DNA from: Salinispira sp.
GTDB lineage: Bacteria; Spirochaetota; Spirochaetia; DSM-27196; Salinispiraceae
Assembly (NCBI GenBank): GCA_965602015.1
Contig: OZ271918.1
Location: forward strand, 2,496,001-2,560,000
Direction: 5' to 3'
DNA: 64,000 bases
Shown here piece after piece: positions 20,067 to 31,178 of this stretch. Each line of letters starts with the position of its first letter. Position 1 is the stretch's first letter. The notes below the pieces were generated by a model that had not been told where the DNA came from, did no database searches, and saw only the letters and a program-made list of their open reading frames with translations. The translations under genes were made by a program, and so were the position numbers.

Positions 20067-21296
20067 TTACCGGCCGCTCTTCTCCCGCTTTCGGGAAATC
20101 CGCTGCATCTTGCGGTAGTACTCGGCCTGTTTTTTTATCTCGTCGAGGTCGGCGCAGTAGATTTTCCCTTCCATCGCCTTGAACCGCTTGTTGGACAACA
20201 GCTCGCTTACCGCCTTGTTGCCCTCTACCTGATTGAGGCCCACCATGTGGATGAGTTCCTTTGTGCCGAATTCAAAAGAGTAGGCCTCGCCGGTGCGCAC
20301 CGGTATCCGATTCTTCTCGAGCTGAATAAGAAGAAAGTCATAGAGCTTGCCGATGGGGTTGTCCAGAAGGGTGTTCGCCAGTTGCTTGTAAATGAACCAG
20401 ATCCGTTCAGACATCAGTGTAGTGATTTTTGAGATGATCTGGGGCTGGGACTTGACCATGGTCTTGAAGTTCTCCCGATTCACTACCAGGAGAACCGCCT
20501 CTTCATGGGCGATGGCCGACGCAGACCGGGGCTTGTCTTCCAGCAGGCTCATTTCCCCGAAGATATCCCCGGGCTTGAGCATGGCCAGGAGGACCTCGTT
20601 TTGATTCATGATTTTGGTGATTTTCACCTGGCCTTTCTGGATGATATACAGCTGCTGACCCGGCATATTCTCGGTAAAGATCATGGTGTCCTTGGGATAC
20701 AGCCGGGTGAATTCCGGGGTGTCCTCATCGAGATAGACCGCCTTCTGGTACGGCTTAACTTTTGCCATCCGCTGACGTGCTGTCTGTTCCTGACTGCCCC
20801 GGGGATAGAATTTAAGATACTGGTGGTAGGCGAAATACGCCTGGTTGTACTGATTCAGCTTGACGTAGTACTCGGCGACGTGGAAGAGGTGGTCCTTGCC
20901 GGCCTCGCCGTCGAGGCTCTGCTGGGTGAGCCGGGTGAGGGCTTCATCGAGATAGCGCATCCTCCGGGAGAATGACTCGATAATCTTCATGGCAACCGGC
21001 GTGTTTTTTTCAATGAGGAGACCGTAGTTGTCCCGGCTGACGGAAATAAGGTTGACATCGCTTATTGCCTGGGCAGTTTCAATGTGACTGTGGCCGCTCA
21101 TGGTGGATACGACGCCGAAGAAGTCCCCGGGTCCCAGGATATTTCCCCCTTCTTCGGCGACGACCTCGACTTCCTTGCTCAGGCGGACTTTACCGGAACG
21201 GATAATAAAGAACTGATTGGCGTTCTGCTTTCCTTCCACAATGATATACGCACCCTGCTTGAAGGAGACCATTGCTAATTGAAGTGGGTTGCTCAT
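20067..21296 (-). CDS. Crp/Fnr-like protein with two cNMP-binding domains
   Basis: LGPGDFFG and LKPGDIFGEMSLLEDKPRSASA, a TPR-like middle segment and a C-terminal HTH-like region. Start is 21296 or 21308. Confidence 0.85.
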   Translation of the reverse strand: MSNPLQLAMVSFKQGAYIIVEGKQNANQFFIIRSGKVRLSKEVEVVAEEGGNILGPGDFFGVVSTMSGHSHIETAQAISDVNLISVSRDNYGLLIEKNTPVAMKIIESFSRRMRYLDEALTRLTQQSLDGEAGKDHLFHVAEYYVKLNQYNQAYFAYHQYLKFYPRGSQEQTARQRMAKVKPYQKAVYLDEDTPEFTRLYPKDTMIFTENMPGQQLYIIQKGQVKITKIMNQNEVLLAMLKPGDIFGEMSLLEDKPRSASAIAHEEAVLLVVNRENFKTMVKSQPQIISKITTLMSERIWFIYKQLANTLLDNPIGKLYDFLLIQLEKNRIPVRTGEAYSFEFGTKELIHMVGLNQVEGNKAVSELLSNKRFKAMEGKIYCADLDEIKKQAEYYRKMQRISRKREKSGR

Positions 21297-21534
21297 ATTC
21301 CGTCCCAAGCCATTGCCCGCGATGGGGCGACATTGATGTTCCCGGCCCGGAATTAAAAATCAGGACCGCTATTATCAGTATAGGGGATGAGAAAAGTCTA
21401 AGTCAATCTGCCCCTGGCGCGGCAATCCGCGAGGAAGGGACGCTATTGACCGGACAAAATCCCGTATACCGCCTATAATCGGCAGAAGTGAAAAACTCTG
21501 AAATTCAATTATACCCCGAGAACCAGGAGGATGC

Positions 21535-22569
21535 ATGAAAATCCGCTGCGGCATAATCGGCTACGGCATGTCCGCCAAAACCTTCCACATTCCATTTATT
21601 GAAGCCCTCGAAGATTTCGAGCTCGCCGCCGTGTCCACCAGCCGGCGCGAGGAGCTGTCCGCCAATCACCCCGGTACGCGGCATCATGTTGACGCCGACG
21701 CCCTGCTATCGGACAGCGATCTGGATCTGGTAATCATCACCAGCCCGAATACCACCCATTTCGGCTATGCGAAACAGGCCCTGACACAGGGACTTCATGT
21801 GGTGGTTGAAAAACCTTTCACGGTTACCTACGGGGAAGCCGAACAGCTGGTCAAAGTAGCCGCTCAATCGGACAAAATCCTCACGGTTTATCACAATCGC
21901 CGCTGGGATGGGGACTTCCTCACCCTGAGCGAACTTCTGGAATCAGGCAAGCTCGGAAACCTGTCGCACTTCGAAACTCATTTCGACCGATTCAGACCGG
22001 CCGTCCGGGACCGATGGCGCGAACGGGCCGAGCCCGGAGCCGGCCTGTTGTACGATTTGGGTTCCCACATGCTCGACCAGTGCGTCTTTCTGTTCGGCAC
22101 TCCCGACTGGATACAGGCGGACATTGCCCGTCAGCGGCCCGGCGCGCAAATCGACGATTACGTGCACATGGTGCTCGCCTACGGCAGGATGCGGGCGGAG
22201 GTTCATATATCAAGCGTTGTCAACTCGCCCTCGCCCCGCTTCGCCATCCACGGCGACGGAGGAAGCTTTGTAAAGTACGGACTCGACCCCCAGGAGAATC
22301 AGCTCAAGGCCGGACTTGCCGTCGACCATCCGGATTTCGGAAAGGAAGATGAGGACGCTTCGGGCAGCTGGCATCCTGCACCCGAAGGCAGCCCGGTTCA
22401 GATCATCCCCAGCGTCCCCGGACGATATAAAGACTTCTATACCATCCTCGCCCGGGCCGTCAGGGGTAACGAGGCCCCGCCGGTGTTGCCCGAAGACGCC
22501 GCCATGGTGATCAGGCTCATTGAAATGGCACAAAAAAGCGCCGACACAGGCCGGCGCATCAATATCTAG
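21535..22569 (+). CDS. Gfo/Idh/MocA oxidoreductase (YdgJ/IolW-like)
   Basis: GIIGYG, HVVVEKPF, YHNRRWDGDF, DLGSH, KYGLDPQE. Confidence 0.9.
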   Translation: MKIRCGIIGYGMSAKTFHIPFIEALEDFELAAVSTSRREELSANHPGTRHHVDADALLSDSDLDLVIITSPNTTHFGYAKQALTQGLHVVVEKPFTVTYGEAEQLVKVAAQSDKILTVYHNRRWDGDFLTLSELLESGKLGNLSHFETHFDRFRPAVRDRWRERAEPGAGLLYDLGSHMLDQCVFLFGTPDWIQADIARQRPGAQIDDYVHMVLAYGRMRAEVHISSVVNSPSPRFAIHGDGGSFVKYGLDPQENQLKAGLAVDHPDFGKEDEDASGSWHPAPEGSPVQIIPSVPGRYKDFYTILARAVRGNEAPPVLPEDAAMVIRLIEMAQKSADTGRRINI

Positions 22570-22659
22570 CTTAATGGTGATATGCTGGCCGCCGGCGATT
22601 GCCGGCGCATCAATATCTAGCTTAATGGTGATAGGCTGGCCGCCGGCGGTCGCCGGCGC
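22550..22659. repeat. 51-bp tandem duplication (2 copies + partial) between convergent genes
   Basis: GCCGGCGCATCAATATCTAGCTTAATGGTGATA... occurs at 22550 and 22601, with a partial third copy at 22652. Confidence 0.9.
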
Positions 22660-22665
22660 CGGTTT

Positions 22666-23958
22666 TTATGCCCGTCTGGGGAACCGGGAGGTGAACTGGG
22701 CGACGGCCTTTGCTGTCTTTTCAATAACCGCCTGGTCTCCCCGGCTCTTGAGCACATCGACGATAAATGAGCCGACTGTGCGTATGTCGTCCTCTTTCAT
22801 ACCGCGGCTGGTGGCAGCCGGCGTACCGATGCGGATGCCGCTGGTCACCAAGGGGCTGCGCTTGTCGAAGGGTATGCCGTTCTTGTTTACAGTGATGTTC
22901 GCCGCGTCGAGCATCTTCTCGGCGTCCTTTCCGCTGATATCGAGATCGCTCAGATCCAGAAGCATCAGGTGATTGTCGGTTCCCCCGGATACGATGCGGA
23001 TTCCATTATCGGAGAAGTGGGCCGCAAGAGCCTTTGCGTTGGCGATGATCTGCTTCTGATATCCGGTAAACGCCGGGTCAAGGGCTTCTTTGAAAGCCAC
23101 AGCTTTGGCCGCAATGACATGCATCAAGGGCCCGCCCTGTATTCCCGGCATGACCGCGGAATCGAGCAGCTCGCTCCACATCCTGGTGCGGCCGCTCTTG
23201 GGGGCCACCTTGCCGATGGTATTCTCCCCGTCCTTTCCGATGAGTACCAGCCCTCCACGGGGGCCCCGCAGAGTCTTGTGAGTAGTGGTGGTGGTAAAGT
23301 GGGCATGGGGGATCGGGCTGGGGTGGAGCTGCGCCGCAACAAGGCCCGCGATGTGGGCCATATCAGTGAGAAACAGAGCGCCTACTTCATCGGCAATTTC
23401 CCGGAATTTCTGGAAATCGATAATCCTCGGATAAGCCGAGGCGCCCGCCACTATCATCTTCGGCTTGCATTCGTGGGCGAGTTTCTGAATTTCTGCATAA
23501 TCCAGACGCTCATCATCCGGAGATACCCCGTAACTCACAATATTGTAGAGCTGGCCGGAAAAATTGACCTTTGCTCCGTGGGTCAAATGACCGCCATGAG
23601 CCAGATCCATTCCAAGTATGGTGTCTCCGGGCTGTAAGGCAGCCTGATACACCGCCATATTGGCCGAACTGCCGGAATGGGGCTGAACATTGGCATAATC
23701 CGCTCCATACAGGGCTTTTGCCCGGTCTCGTGCAAGATCTTCCGCCATGTCGACGTATTCACAGCCTCCGTAATAGCGTTTACCCGGATACCCCTCGGCG
23801 TATTTGTCGGTGAGGACTGTGCCGGCGGCTTCCAGCACCGCTTCCGAGGTGAAATTTTCACTGGCGATCAACTCGATCTTTTCCAGCTGCCGTCGGGTTT
23901 CCTTTTGGATGATTTCATAAAGTTCGGGATCGAAATTCTGTATTTCATGCAGGGACAT
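22666..23958 (-). CDS. glyA: Serine hydroxymethyltransferase
   Basis: [41 protein letters not shown]. Confidence 0.98.
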   Translation of the reverse strand: MSLHEIQNFDPELYEIIQKETRRQLEKIELIASENFTSEAVLEAAGTVLTDKYAEGYPGKRYYGGCEYVDMAEDLARDRAKALYGADYANVQPHSGSSANMAVYQAALQPGDTILGMDLAHGGHLTHGAKVNFSGQLYNIVSYGVSPDDERLDYAEIQKLAHECKPKMIVAGASAYPRIIDFQKFREIADEVGALFLTDMAHIAGLVAAQLHPSPIPHAHFTTTTTHKTLRGPRGGLVLIGKDGENTIGKVAPKSGRTRMWSELLDSAVMPGIQGGPLMHVIAAKAVAFKEALDPAFTGYQKQIIANAKALAAHFSDNGIRIVSGGTDNHLMLLDLSDLDISGKDAEKMLDAANITVNKNGIPFDKRSPLVTSGIRIGTPAATSRGMKEDDIRTVGSFIVDVLKSRGDQAVIEKTAKAVAQFTSRFPRRA

Positions 23959-24015
23959 TGGAGGCCTCCGTAGTACAAAGGGTTTTGACGAGCATAGCCA
24001 GATTACCTGCTGCCG

Positions 24016-25545
24016 TCAATTACCGCCGGCCGGGCGGCGGGGCAGCAGGCGAATTTCAAAGGGAATTTCGCCTCCCCTGCCGTCGGTAAGCCGCGGGAAC
24101 TCGTTGCCCTCCGGCAGGTACACATAGGGATAGAGACTCACACCGAAATCCACTTTTTGTTCTATGCTTTCCCGGTACACCGGAATCCATCCCCAGCGGG
24201 GAATAAAGAATTCCGCCCATGAGGTTGCAGAAAAACGGCGCTCCGACTCCATTGCGAATCCCCGGCGTTCCCGGGCGGCGATGCCCAGGCGGCGCAGCTC
24301 GTCGACAAATGCGGGAATCTGACGGGACGGGCTGATTTCGCTGTCAATAAACCAGTAGTACATAGATCGTGCCAGGGGGAGAGCTCCTCTGACACCAATA
24401 AACTCCGAGCGCAAGAGGTCCCGTTGCTCCGGGCTGAGCAGGAAGTCATCCGCCGGCTCGAGATATTCTTCATAAAATGGAAACAGCGGTGCGGCGCCGT
24501 CGTAGTTATCCCGGGCTTCGCCGAGAGCCAGGCTGAGATCCTCAGGGAGGCGGGGCTCGCCGTACTGATGAATAAATACCGAGCCGGCGCTTCTTCGGCT
24601 TTCGGGATCATTGGGAAAAAACCTCAATACCCTGACTCCCGAAAGACTCCGCTCAGCCGCGGGAAGAACGCTTACCAGCCCCGCGAGCTGACTGTGTACT
24701 TCCAGCGCTGCATTCTCGAGTTCAGCCCGGGGAATAAAAAGTCTGAGCTCCTGCGGGGCATTTGGGCCCATGGCAGAGCGGGATCCGATGCTTATCCTCC
24801 AGCTGAACAATGGTTCGTTTCCCGCAGGGAGATCCGCAGAGATTATTTCGCTGCTGGTTCTCCTGGCGCTTCGGAACATCTCGATGCGCTTATTCTCGTT
24901 TTCCGCCTCAGCAATGCCAAGCCGACTTTCAAAGTCTTCCAGAAGGTCATCGACATCCGCCGGCACATCATAGCTGCCGGTCAGGCTGATCACCGGGTAA
25001 TAAACCAGCACATGGTCCTCGCTGCGAATAAGCCAGGATTCCGGCAGCGGCTCGCCGTCAAGAAAAAACCCGAGATCCCGAATTTCCCGGGAAGAATAGC
25101 CTTCAAAATCCACCCGCCACAGAGAATCATCGCTCGAGGGAACCGGGCTGATATCGTAGCGCTTGGTGTTTTGCGACGCGATGCGACGGGGAATGGTGTC
25201 GGTGTTTGTCAGCAGCATTGGATTGCTTTCGCCTTGGGGAAGTATGACCCTCAGATCGCCGGAGCGCATTCCCTCCGGCATGCGAAAACTGATGCGGTCC
25301 GGTTCCCACTCCAGGATGTACGAGGCGGTAATCCTCTGATCGCCCACCAGTAGCGAATTACGGGGAGATATGCTCCCGAGTCCCCTTCCGTCAACAACGA
25401 TGACATCCCCTGCCCTGGCCGACCGGGGGGTGAGGGCCAGAATTCTCGGGGGCTGCAGGAAAAAATACAGGGTAGCGGCAAAGGCGGCAACAAGCAGCAG
25501 CAGTAAAATGATAATAATTATTCTGCGGGAAGGTTTTGCATTCAT
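24016..25545 (-). CDS. Membrane-anchored IPT/TIG + degenerate transglutaminase-like protein
   Basis: N-terminal TM, PPRILALTP...GDVIVVDG (TIG), RRLGIAAR...WAEFFIPRWGWIPV. The catalytic Cys/His/Asp appear absent. Confidence 0.65.
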   Translation of the reverse strand: MNAKPSRRIIIIILLLLLVAAFAATLYFFLQPPRILALTPRSARAGDVIVVDGRGLGSISPRNSLLVGDQRITASYILEWEPDRISFRMPEGMRSGDLRVILPQGESNPMLLTNTDTIPRRIASQNTKRYDISPVPSSDDSLWRVDFEGYSSREIRDLGFFLDGEPLPESWLIRSEDHVLVYYPVISLTGSYDVPADVDDLLEDFESRLGIAEAENENKRIEMFRSARRTSSEIISADLPAGNEPLFSWRISIGSRSAMGPNAPQELRLFIPRAELENAALEVHSQLAGLVSVLPAAERSLSGVRVLRFFPNDPESRRSAGSVFIHQYGEPRLPEDLSLALGEARDNYDGAAPLFPFYEEYLEPADDFLLSPEQRDLLRSEFIGVRGALPLARSMYYWFIDSEISPSRQIPAFVDELRRLGIAARERRGFAMESERRFSATSWAEFFIPRWGWIPVYRESIEQKVDFGVSLYPYVYLPEGNEFPRLTDGRGGEIPFEIRLLPRRPAGGN

Positions 25546-25578
25546 GGTTGTGAGGCCGTATTATCCACCGTCTGGGGC

Positions 25579-26151
25579 TTACTGTCCACCGGCTTGGGGA
25601 TTTTCGCTCACGGCATAATTGGAAACCGTAATCTCCAGCTCGAGGTTAACGGTGTTGCCGTTTCCCGGATCTACTCCCAGGGGGTAGAAAACCACCGGCT
25701 CGCCGGAGTTCACCGGAATGCTTTTGAGGCTTGTCTGGTAGCGGACCTTGTTGTCTTCGTCGTTGGTGATCCAGGTTTGGCCCTGGGCTACCAGCATGAT
25801 GGTCTGCTCTTCCTGACGGTAGGGGGTGAACTCAACCTCGACCACCACATTCTGACCGTTGAGCCGCACATCGACACCCCTGCCGGGGACCGTCAGCTCA
25901 TCAAGTTCCATGTTCCAGAGTATCGACTCATCGGAACCGATAACCCTCGCGGAGATAAACACCCGCAGAACATCGTTTTGCAGTTCCTGGAGGATGGCCG
26001 ACGGGTCTTCGGGGGCAGCAGCCTGATTCGCGGCCGATGCGGCGTTACCTCTGGCTCCTGCCTCCTGGGCCGCAACCGGAAGCATGGCCAGCCATCCGAG
26101 ACTGAGGGCAAAGGCCAGGGTCCGCATTGATGCACCCGCCCCGGGAATCAT
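25579..26151 (-). CDS. Exported hypothetical protein in the ECF sigma operon
   Basis: Signal peptide, then TVPGRGV...VAQGQTW...FYPLG. Start overlaps the upstream stop. Confidence 0.65.
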   Translation of the reverse strand: MIPGAGASMRTLAFALSLGWLAMLPVAAQEAGARGNAASAANQAAAPEDPSAILQELQNDVLRVFISARVIGSDESILWNMELDELTVPGRGVDVRLNGQNVVVEVEFTPYRQEEQTIMLVAQGQTWITNDEDNKVRYQTSLKSIPVNSGEPVVFYPLGVDPGNGNTVNLELEITVSNYAVSENPQAGGQ

Positions 26152-26846
26152 TGAGCACCCCTGGGCTGAACCCTTCGCAGCTGGGAATCCCCCAACATCT
26201 GGAAATTGCTGTCGCTGGGTATCTGAATGGTTATATCGTTAATGCCGGTGTTGCGGTTCCGGGCCTCTTCAAGAAGGCGCAGGAGTTGTTCTACATCCTG
26301 AACGTTGATTTGAAGATTGATTCCGCCGTCTTCCGCCGCATTGGGGTTTGGCGCGGGGGCCGCCTCATTGTTCACCGACAGGAGTCCCATGAAATTCGGA
26401 TCTATGTCCGAGAACTCCGAATGATTGACCACATTCATTCCCGTCGGTGCCTGAGCCAGGCTCTGTTCTGACGGGCGAATGCCGGGAACAAAATTAAGCA
26501 CTGCCAGGGCGACAAGCACAACCATGGCCGCGGCAGCGGCGGGCAGAGGTACCCGAAGCCATTGGCCGGAAGTAAAATCGAGTAAATTTTTGAGCCCTGG
26601 CCTTCGGGCTGACTGGGCTGCGGCCAAGCTGCGGTCCAGTCTCTGCTTGAGCCTCTTTTCCGCCTGGCCATAGCGCTCATTCATGGCTTGGTCGGCCTGA
26701 GCCATTATGCTTTTTACCGAACGGTAGCGCTCAAGGAGCCTGGACGCTTCGGGGTCGGCGCTTACCTGCTGATTCACCGTATTCTGATACGCTTCGGGAA
26801 CCTCGCCGTCGAGAATTTCCATGATAAATTCGTCATTCCGGGACAT
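26148..26846 (-). CDS. Probable anti-sigma factor (single TM)
   Basis: N-terminal ILDGEV anti-sigma-like helix, central TM, overlaps the ECF sigma gene. Confidence 0.7.
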   Translation of the reverse strand: MSRNDEFIMEILDGEVPEAYQNTVNQQVSADPEASRLLERYRSVKSIMAQADQAMNERYGQAEKRLKQRLDRSLAAAQSARRPGLKNLLDFTSGQWLRVPLPAAAAAMVVLVALAVLNFVPGIRPSEQSLAQAPTGMNVVNHSEFSDIDPNFMGLLSVNNEAAPAPNPNAAEDGGINLQINVQDVEQLLRLLEEARNRNTGINDITIQIPSDSNFQMLGDSQLRRVQPRGAQ

Positions 26847-27363
26847 GTATACCCTCCCTGTCGAGGAGCGCCGCCATTTTTTCTCGTGCGCGGAATGCCC
26901 GCACTTTTACATTGGCTTCCGTAATATTCAAAATCTTGCCGATTTCCCGATAACTCAATTCACCGTATTCCTTCAAAATAAGCACCGCCCGGAACTTCTC
27001 CGGAATCTGATTCAATGCCCGTTGAACCGCGTGAAAGGCCTCTTCCTTGAGGATGAGATCTTCTCCTGATTCGACCTTGCGCTTCGGCTCATACAGGGCC
27101 CGCTCATAGGCTTTCCGCTCGCGGCCTTTGCGTTTGGCGTGGTTCAGGGCCATGTTTTTCACGACCCGGATGAGCCAGTACTTCGCCTGATTCTGGTCGG
27201 GCAGCTGATCCAGCCGCTCGTACAGTTTGATATAGGCGTCGTGACACAGCTCTTCCGCCACTTCCATATCCGTCGTTACTCGGAAAGCGATTCTGATGAG
27301 TATGGGAAAGGTTTCCGTATACACATCATTGAACAGTTGTATGCGTTCTTCACTCCAATTCAT
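26833..27363 (-). CDS. ECF RNA polymerase sigma factor (sigma-24/RpoE-like)
   Basis: AEELCHD...WLIRVVKNMALN...LSYREIGKILNITEANVKVRAFRAR. Confidence 0.92.
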   Translation of the reverse strand: MNWSEERIQLFNDVYTETFPILIRIAFRVTTDMEVAEELCHDAYIKLYERLDQLPDQNQAKYWLIRVVKNMALNHAKRKGRERKAYERALYEPKRKVESGEDLILKEEAFHAVQRALNQIPEKFRAVLILKEYGELSYREIGKILNITEANVKVRAFRAREKMAALLDREGIHVPE

Positions 27364-27387
27364 TAAACAAGAGGTCCCGGTTATTCG

Positions 27388-28842
27388 TTACAGATTTTTC
27401 TTCCAGCTGGTGCCTTCCGGCGTGTCGATCAGGGTTATTCCCTGAGCGGCCAGCTGATCGCGGATTTCATCGGCCCGTGCGAAGTTCTTCGCCTCCCGAG
27501 CCGAGTTCCGCTCGTCAATAAGCGTCTGGATGTCCTGATTGAGCTCCCGTACATCCGGCGCTGAAATAGCGTCCAGATCGAGACCGAGCACCATGTCCAT
27601 CATGTGCAAGACAATCCGCTGCTCCGCAGGTTCCACTTTATTATTTTTTACCAGCCCCCAGAGCTGAGCCAGGGCGGCGGGAGTATTAAGATCATCGGCC
27701 AGGGCATCGAGGAAAGCGTCCCAGATTTTCCCTGCCTCGGCGCTTAGCCCGGCGCCATCGTCCAGAGCCTCTTCCACCCGCTTTTTGAGCTTATCATTAA
27801 ACGGGGGCAGCTCGGCCACCCGGTCGCTGAGCTTCTGGCGGGCGGTTTTTGCCGCTTCCATGGTTTCATCGCTGAAATTAAGCTGGGTACGGTAATTCGC
27901 CCCGAGAACGAAGTAGCGGTAATCCAGGGGGTGAAAACCCATTTCCTCCAGGGAGCTCAGGGTGAGAAAGCCTCCCTTCGATTTGCTCATCTTCTCGCGG
28001 TTCAGGAGGAGAAATGCCGAGTGAAACCAGAATTTCACCCAGGGTTTTTTGCCGATTGCCGCCTCGCTCTGGGCTATTTCATTGGTATGGTGAACAGGTA
28101 TGTGGTCGGTGCCGCCGCAGTGAATTTCAAACTGGTCGCCCAGATACTTACGGCTCATGGCGGAACACTCGATGTGCCAACCGGGATATCCCGCACCGAA
28201 GGGGCTCTCCCAGATCATCGCCTGATTTTCAAATTTTGACTTGGTAAACCACAGGGCAAAGTCATAAGGGCTGTGCTTTCCGCCGTCCACGTCGACCCGG
28301 GCCCCCGCCTGCTGATCCTCCAGGCTCAGTTTGGCCATTTTCCCGTAGTCTTCGAATTTGGCGATGTCGAAATAGACATTTCCGCCGGCCTGATAGGCAT
28401 AACCCTTCTCTTTCAGGGTATGCACCATGTCGAGCATGTCGTCTATGTGGTCGGTTGCCTTGCAGACCACTTCGGGCTTTTGGATGTTGAGCTTTTGGGA
28501 ATCGGAGAAAAACGCGTTGGTATAGCCTTCCGCGATATCCCAGACACTCCGGTCCTGTTCCCGGGCGCTTTTTACCATTTTATCTTCGCCGTCATCGTTG
28601 TCGCCGGTGAGATGCCCCACATCGGTGACATTCATGACGTGTTTTAAGGAGTATCCGAACAGCAGGATGGTCCGACGCAGCACATCTTCCACAATATAGG
28701 TCTTAAGGTTTCCGATATGGGCGAAGTTGTAGACCGTCGGTCCGCAGGCATACATTCCGATGTGTTCCCCGGTCTGAACGAGATCTTCCTTAGACCGGGA
28801 AGCGGTGTTGTAAAGCTTGAGTATTCTTTTCTGAGAAGCCAC
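27388..28842 (-). CDS. cysS: Cysteinyl-tRNA synthetase
   Basis: [42 protein letters not shown]. Confidence 0.98.
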   Translation of the reverse strand: MASQKRILKLYNTASRSKEDLVQTGEHIGMYACGPTVYNFAHIGNLKTYIVEDVLRRTILLFGYSLKHVMNVTDVGHLTGDNDDGEDKMVKSAREQDRSVWDIAEGYTNAFFSDSQKLNIQKPEVVCKATDHIDDMLDMVHTLKEKGYAYQAGGNVYFDIAKFEDYGKMAKLSLEDQQAGARVDVDGGKHSPYDFALWFTKSKFENQAMIWESPFGAGYPGWHIECSAMSRKYLGDQFEIHCGGTDHIPVHHTNEIAQSEAAIGKKPWVKFWFHSAFLLLNREKMSKSKGGFLTLSSLEEMGFHPLDYRYFVLGANYRTQLNFSDETMEAAKTARQKLSDRVAELPPFNDKLKKRVEEALDDGAGLSAEAGKIWDAFLDALADDLNTPAALAQLWGLVKNNKVEPAEQRIVLHMMDMVLGLDLDAISAPDVRELNQDIQTLIDERNSAREAKNFARADEIRDQLAAQGITLIDTPEGTSWKKNL

Positions 28843-28877
28843 TTTTGTAATCCCCCACCCGCGGGTATACTGCGGTA

Positions 28878-29804
28878 GTGGATACCATATTGCATCAAAT
28901 AAAAAATATCAACATTGAGGGAAAGCTTGAATTTAACTCGCCCCTGGCGGAACTGACCACATTTAAGGTTGGGGGGCCCGCGGATATTCTGGCGGTTCCG
29001 GCAAGCGAGGCGGATACTCTCTCCCTTATTTCATGGGCCGAGGAATCGCGGACCCCCTGGATGATTCTCGGCGGAGGCGCCAACGTCCTGGTTTCCGATC
29101 AGGGGATACGGGGTCTTGTCATACTGAGCTCGGGTCTCAACGGTATCCGATTGGAGAAAAACCTGTTGGTGGCGGGTCCCGGCTCGGCGATCAGCGACGT
29201 TTCGGCCTTTGCGGCGGACCACAACCTTGCAGGCCTGGAGTTCATATATTCCATGCCCGGCTCCACCGGCGGTGCGGTATGGATGAACGCCCGATGCTAC
29301 GGCGGGGAGATCTCAGAAATACTCGCCTGGGTGGATTACATCGAAGTTGACGGCGCCGGCGGTGCCCTGCGGCAAAGGCTTGTTCCCGGCGACGGGGATT
29401 TTGCCTATAAAATCAGTCCTTTTCAGGCCAGGCGGCGCATTATTCTCGATAGCGCCTATAATTTACAAGATGGGAACTCCCGGCAGCTCTGGAAAACCAT
29501 GAAGGAATTCCAGGCAGACCGGCAATCAAAGGGCCATTTTGCCGCGCCCTGCGCCGGATCGGTGTTCAAGAACAACCGGGCCTTCGGTGCGCCGTCGGGT
29601 CAAATCATCGACAGTCTGGGAATGCGCGGCACGGTAATCGGCGGAGCCAAAATCAGCGATCAGCACGCGAATATTATCATCAACCGGGGAAACGCCTCCG
29701 CCCGGGACATATCCGATCTTATGGACCTCATGCAGCAGCGGGTGATAGATGAACTCGGGTTCGACCTGGAGCCCGAAGTCCTGCGAATCGGCCAATGGGA
29801 TTAG
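28878..29804 (+). CDS. murB: UDP-N-acetylmuramate dehydrogenase
   Basis: TTFKVGGPAD, GGGANVL, PGSTGGAVWMNA, AGSVFKN, HANIIIN, LEPEV. Confidence 0.96.
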   Translation: MDTILHQIKNINIEGKLEFNSPLAELTTFKVGGPADILAVPASEADTLSLISWAEESRTPWMILGGGANVLVSDQGIRGLVILSSGLNGIRLEKNLLVAGPGSAISDVSAFAADHNLAGLEFIYSMPGSTGGAVWMNARCYGGEISEILAWVDYIEVDGAGGALRQRLVPGDGDFAYKISPFQARRRIILDSAYNLQDGNSRQLWKTMKEFQADRQSKGHFAAPCAGSVFKNNRAFGAPSGQIIDSLGMRGTVIGGAKISDQHANIIINRGNASARDISDLMDLMQQRVIDELGFDLEPEVLRIGQWD

Positions 29805-29834
29805 TCGCCGCTATAGCGGCATTCAGGAGCAGCC

Positions 29835-31178
29835 ATGGGAAGCATTGAAAACATCCGTCAGCATATAGATCTCATGGACAGGGACAGCATCAAAGAGGAA
29901 CTGGATCAGCTGTCGGTCAGCGAGCTCATCGATTTGTATCAGGAATTGCGGGACGATGAATCGGTGGAAATTTTCCTCATGATGTCCCTTGAAAGCAAGG
30001 TCGAACTCATCACCCACCTCTCCGAGGGCGAACAGGAATGGCTGCTCCGGAGTCTCAGCCTCGAAAAAATGCGGGAAGTGCTCATAGAAATTGAACCGGA
30101 CGATTTAGCCGACATCCTTCAGGCTGTGAGCCCCGAGGTCAGAAGTTCGGTGTGGAATTCCCTGTCGGATGAAGCGAGAAGAGAAACACAGTTCCTGTTG
30201 AAATTCGACAGCGACGACGCGGCGGGCCTCATGACCCCCAGGTACATCGCACTGCGCAGCAATATCACCATTGCCCAGGCGATTCAGTTCATCCGCCGGG
30301 GCGTGGAGGATATCGAGACCATCTATTACGTATACGTGGTGGACCGCCTTCAGCGCCTTCAGGGAGTAATCTCGCTGCGGGAGATACTCTTCTCAAACAA
30401 CGATGAAATTATCGGCAACAAAATGAGCACCAACGTGATTACGGTTCCCGAGGAAACCGACCAGGAAGACGTCGCGAAAATAATGGAGGACTACGACTTT
30501 CTGGCGCTTCCCGTTGTGGATCGATACAACCGGCTGCTCGGTATTATCACCTTCGACGACATCATCGATGTAATCCGGGAGGAACAGACCGAGGATATCT
30601 ACAAGATGGGTGCCATGGAAGGTTCAAGCGACGTCTATCTCGAAACGGGAATCGGCCGCCTGCTAAAAAAGCGCATCCCCTGGCTTATACTGCTCCTTCT
30701 TACCGGGACGATTACCACCAATGTGCTCGCCCTCACCGACGACATCCTTTCGGCGGCGGCTTTTCTGGTGCTCTTTATTCCCGTCATAACCCAGACCGGA
30801 GGCAACAGCGGCACCCAAAGCTCAACCCTGATGATCCGCGGGATCGCCATGGGCAATATCGATTTCAGGGATATCGGCAAGGTTGTAGTGAAAGAAATAC
30901 TGGTGGGAATAATCATGGGCCTGATACTCGGGGCCGTCATAATTTTGCGGTCGGTTTTCCTGCCCCCGGGGATTCAATGGTTCGAGGGGGCGGTTATCGG
31001 CCTGAGCCTGATTTTTGTGGTGATGTTTTCCACGGTAATCGGCGCCATCGCGCCGCTGCTTATTCACCGATTCGGTTGGGACCCCACGGTCATTGCCGGG
31101 CCCCTCATGTCGACATTCATTGACGTTACCGGGCTGACGATCTACACCTTCACCGCAAAGGTCATGCTCGGTCTTTGA
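29835..31178 (+). CDS. mgtE: Magnesium transporter MgtE
   Basis: MgtE_N, a CBS pair, RIPWL, GGNSGTQ, DP...[12 protein letters not shown]. Confidence 0.95.
   Translation: MGSIENIRQHIDLMDRDSIKEELDQLSVSELIDLYQELRDDESVEIFLMMSLESKVELITHLSEGEQEWLLRSLSLEKMREVLIEIEPDDLADILQAVSPEVRSSVWNSLSDEARRETQFLLKFDSDDAAGLMTPRYIALRSNITIAQAIQFIRRGVEDIETIYYVYVVDRLQRLQGVISLREILFSNNDEIIGNKMSTNVITVPEETDQEDVAKIMEDYDFLALPVVDRYNRLLGIITFDDIIDVIREEQTEDIYKMGAMEGSSDVYLETGIGRLLKKRIPWLILLLLTGTITTNVLALTDDILSAAAFLVLFIPVITQTGGNSGTQSSTLMIRGIAMGNIDFRDIGKVVVKEILVGIIMGLILGAVIILRSVFLPPGIQWFEGAVIGLSLIFVVMFSTVIGAIAPLLIHRFGWDPTVIAGPLMSTFIDVTGLTIYTFTAKVMLGL

Noticed and set aside
22550..22659. Possible CRISPR mini-array
   Set aside because: The units are contiguous duplicates with no unique spacers, and there are no cas genes in the window.
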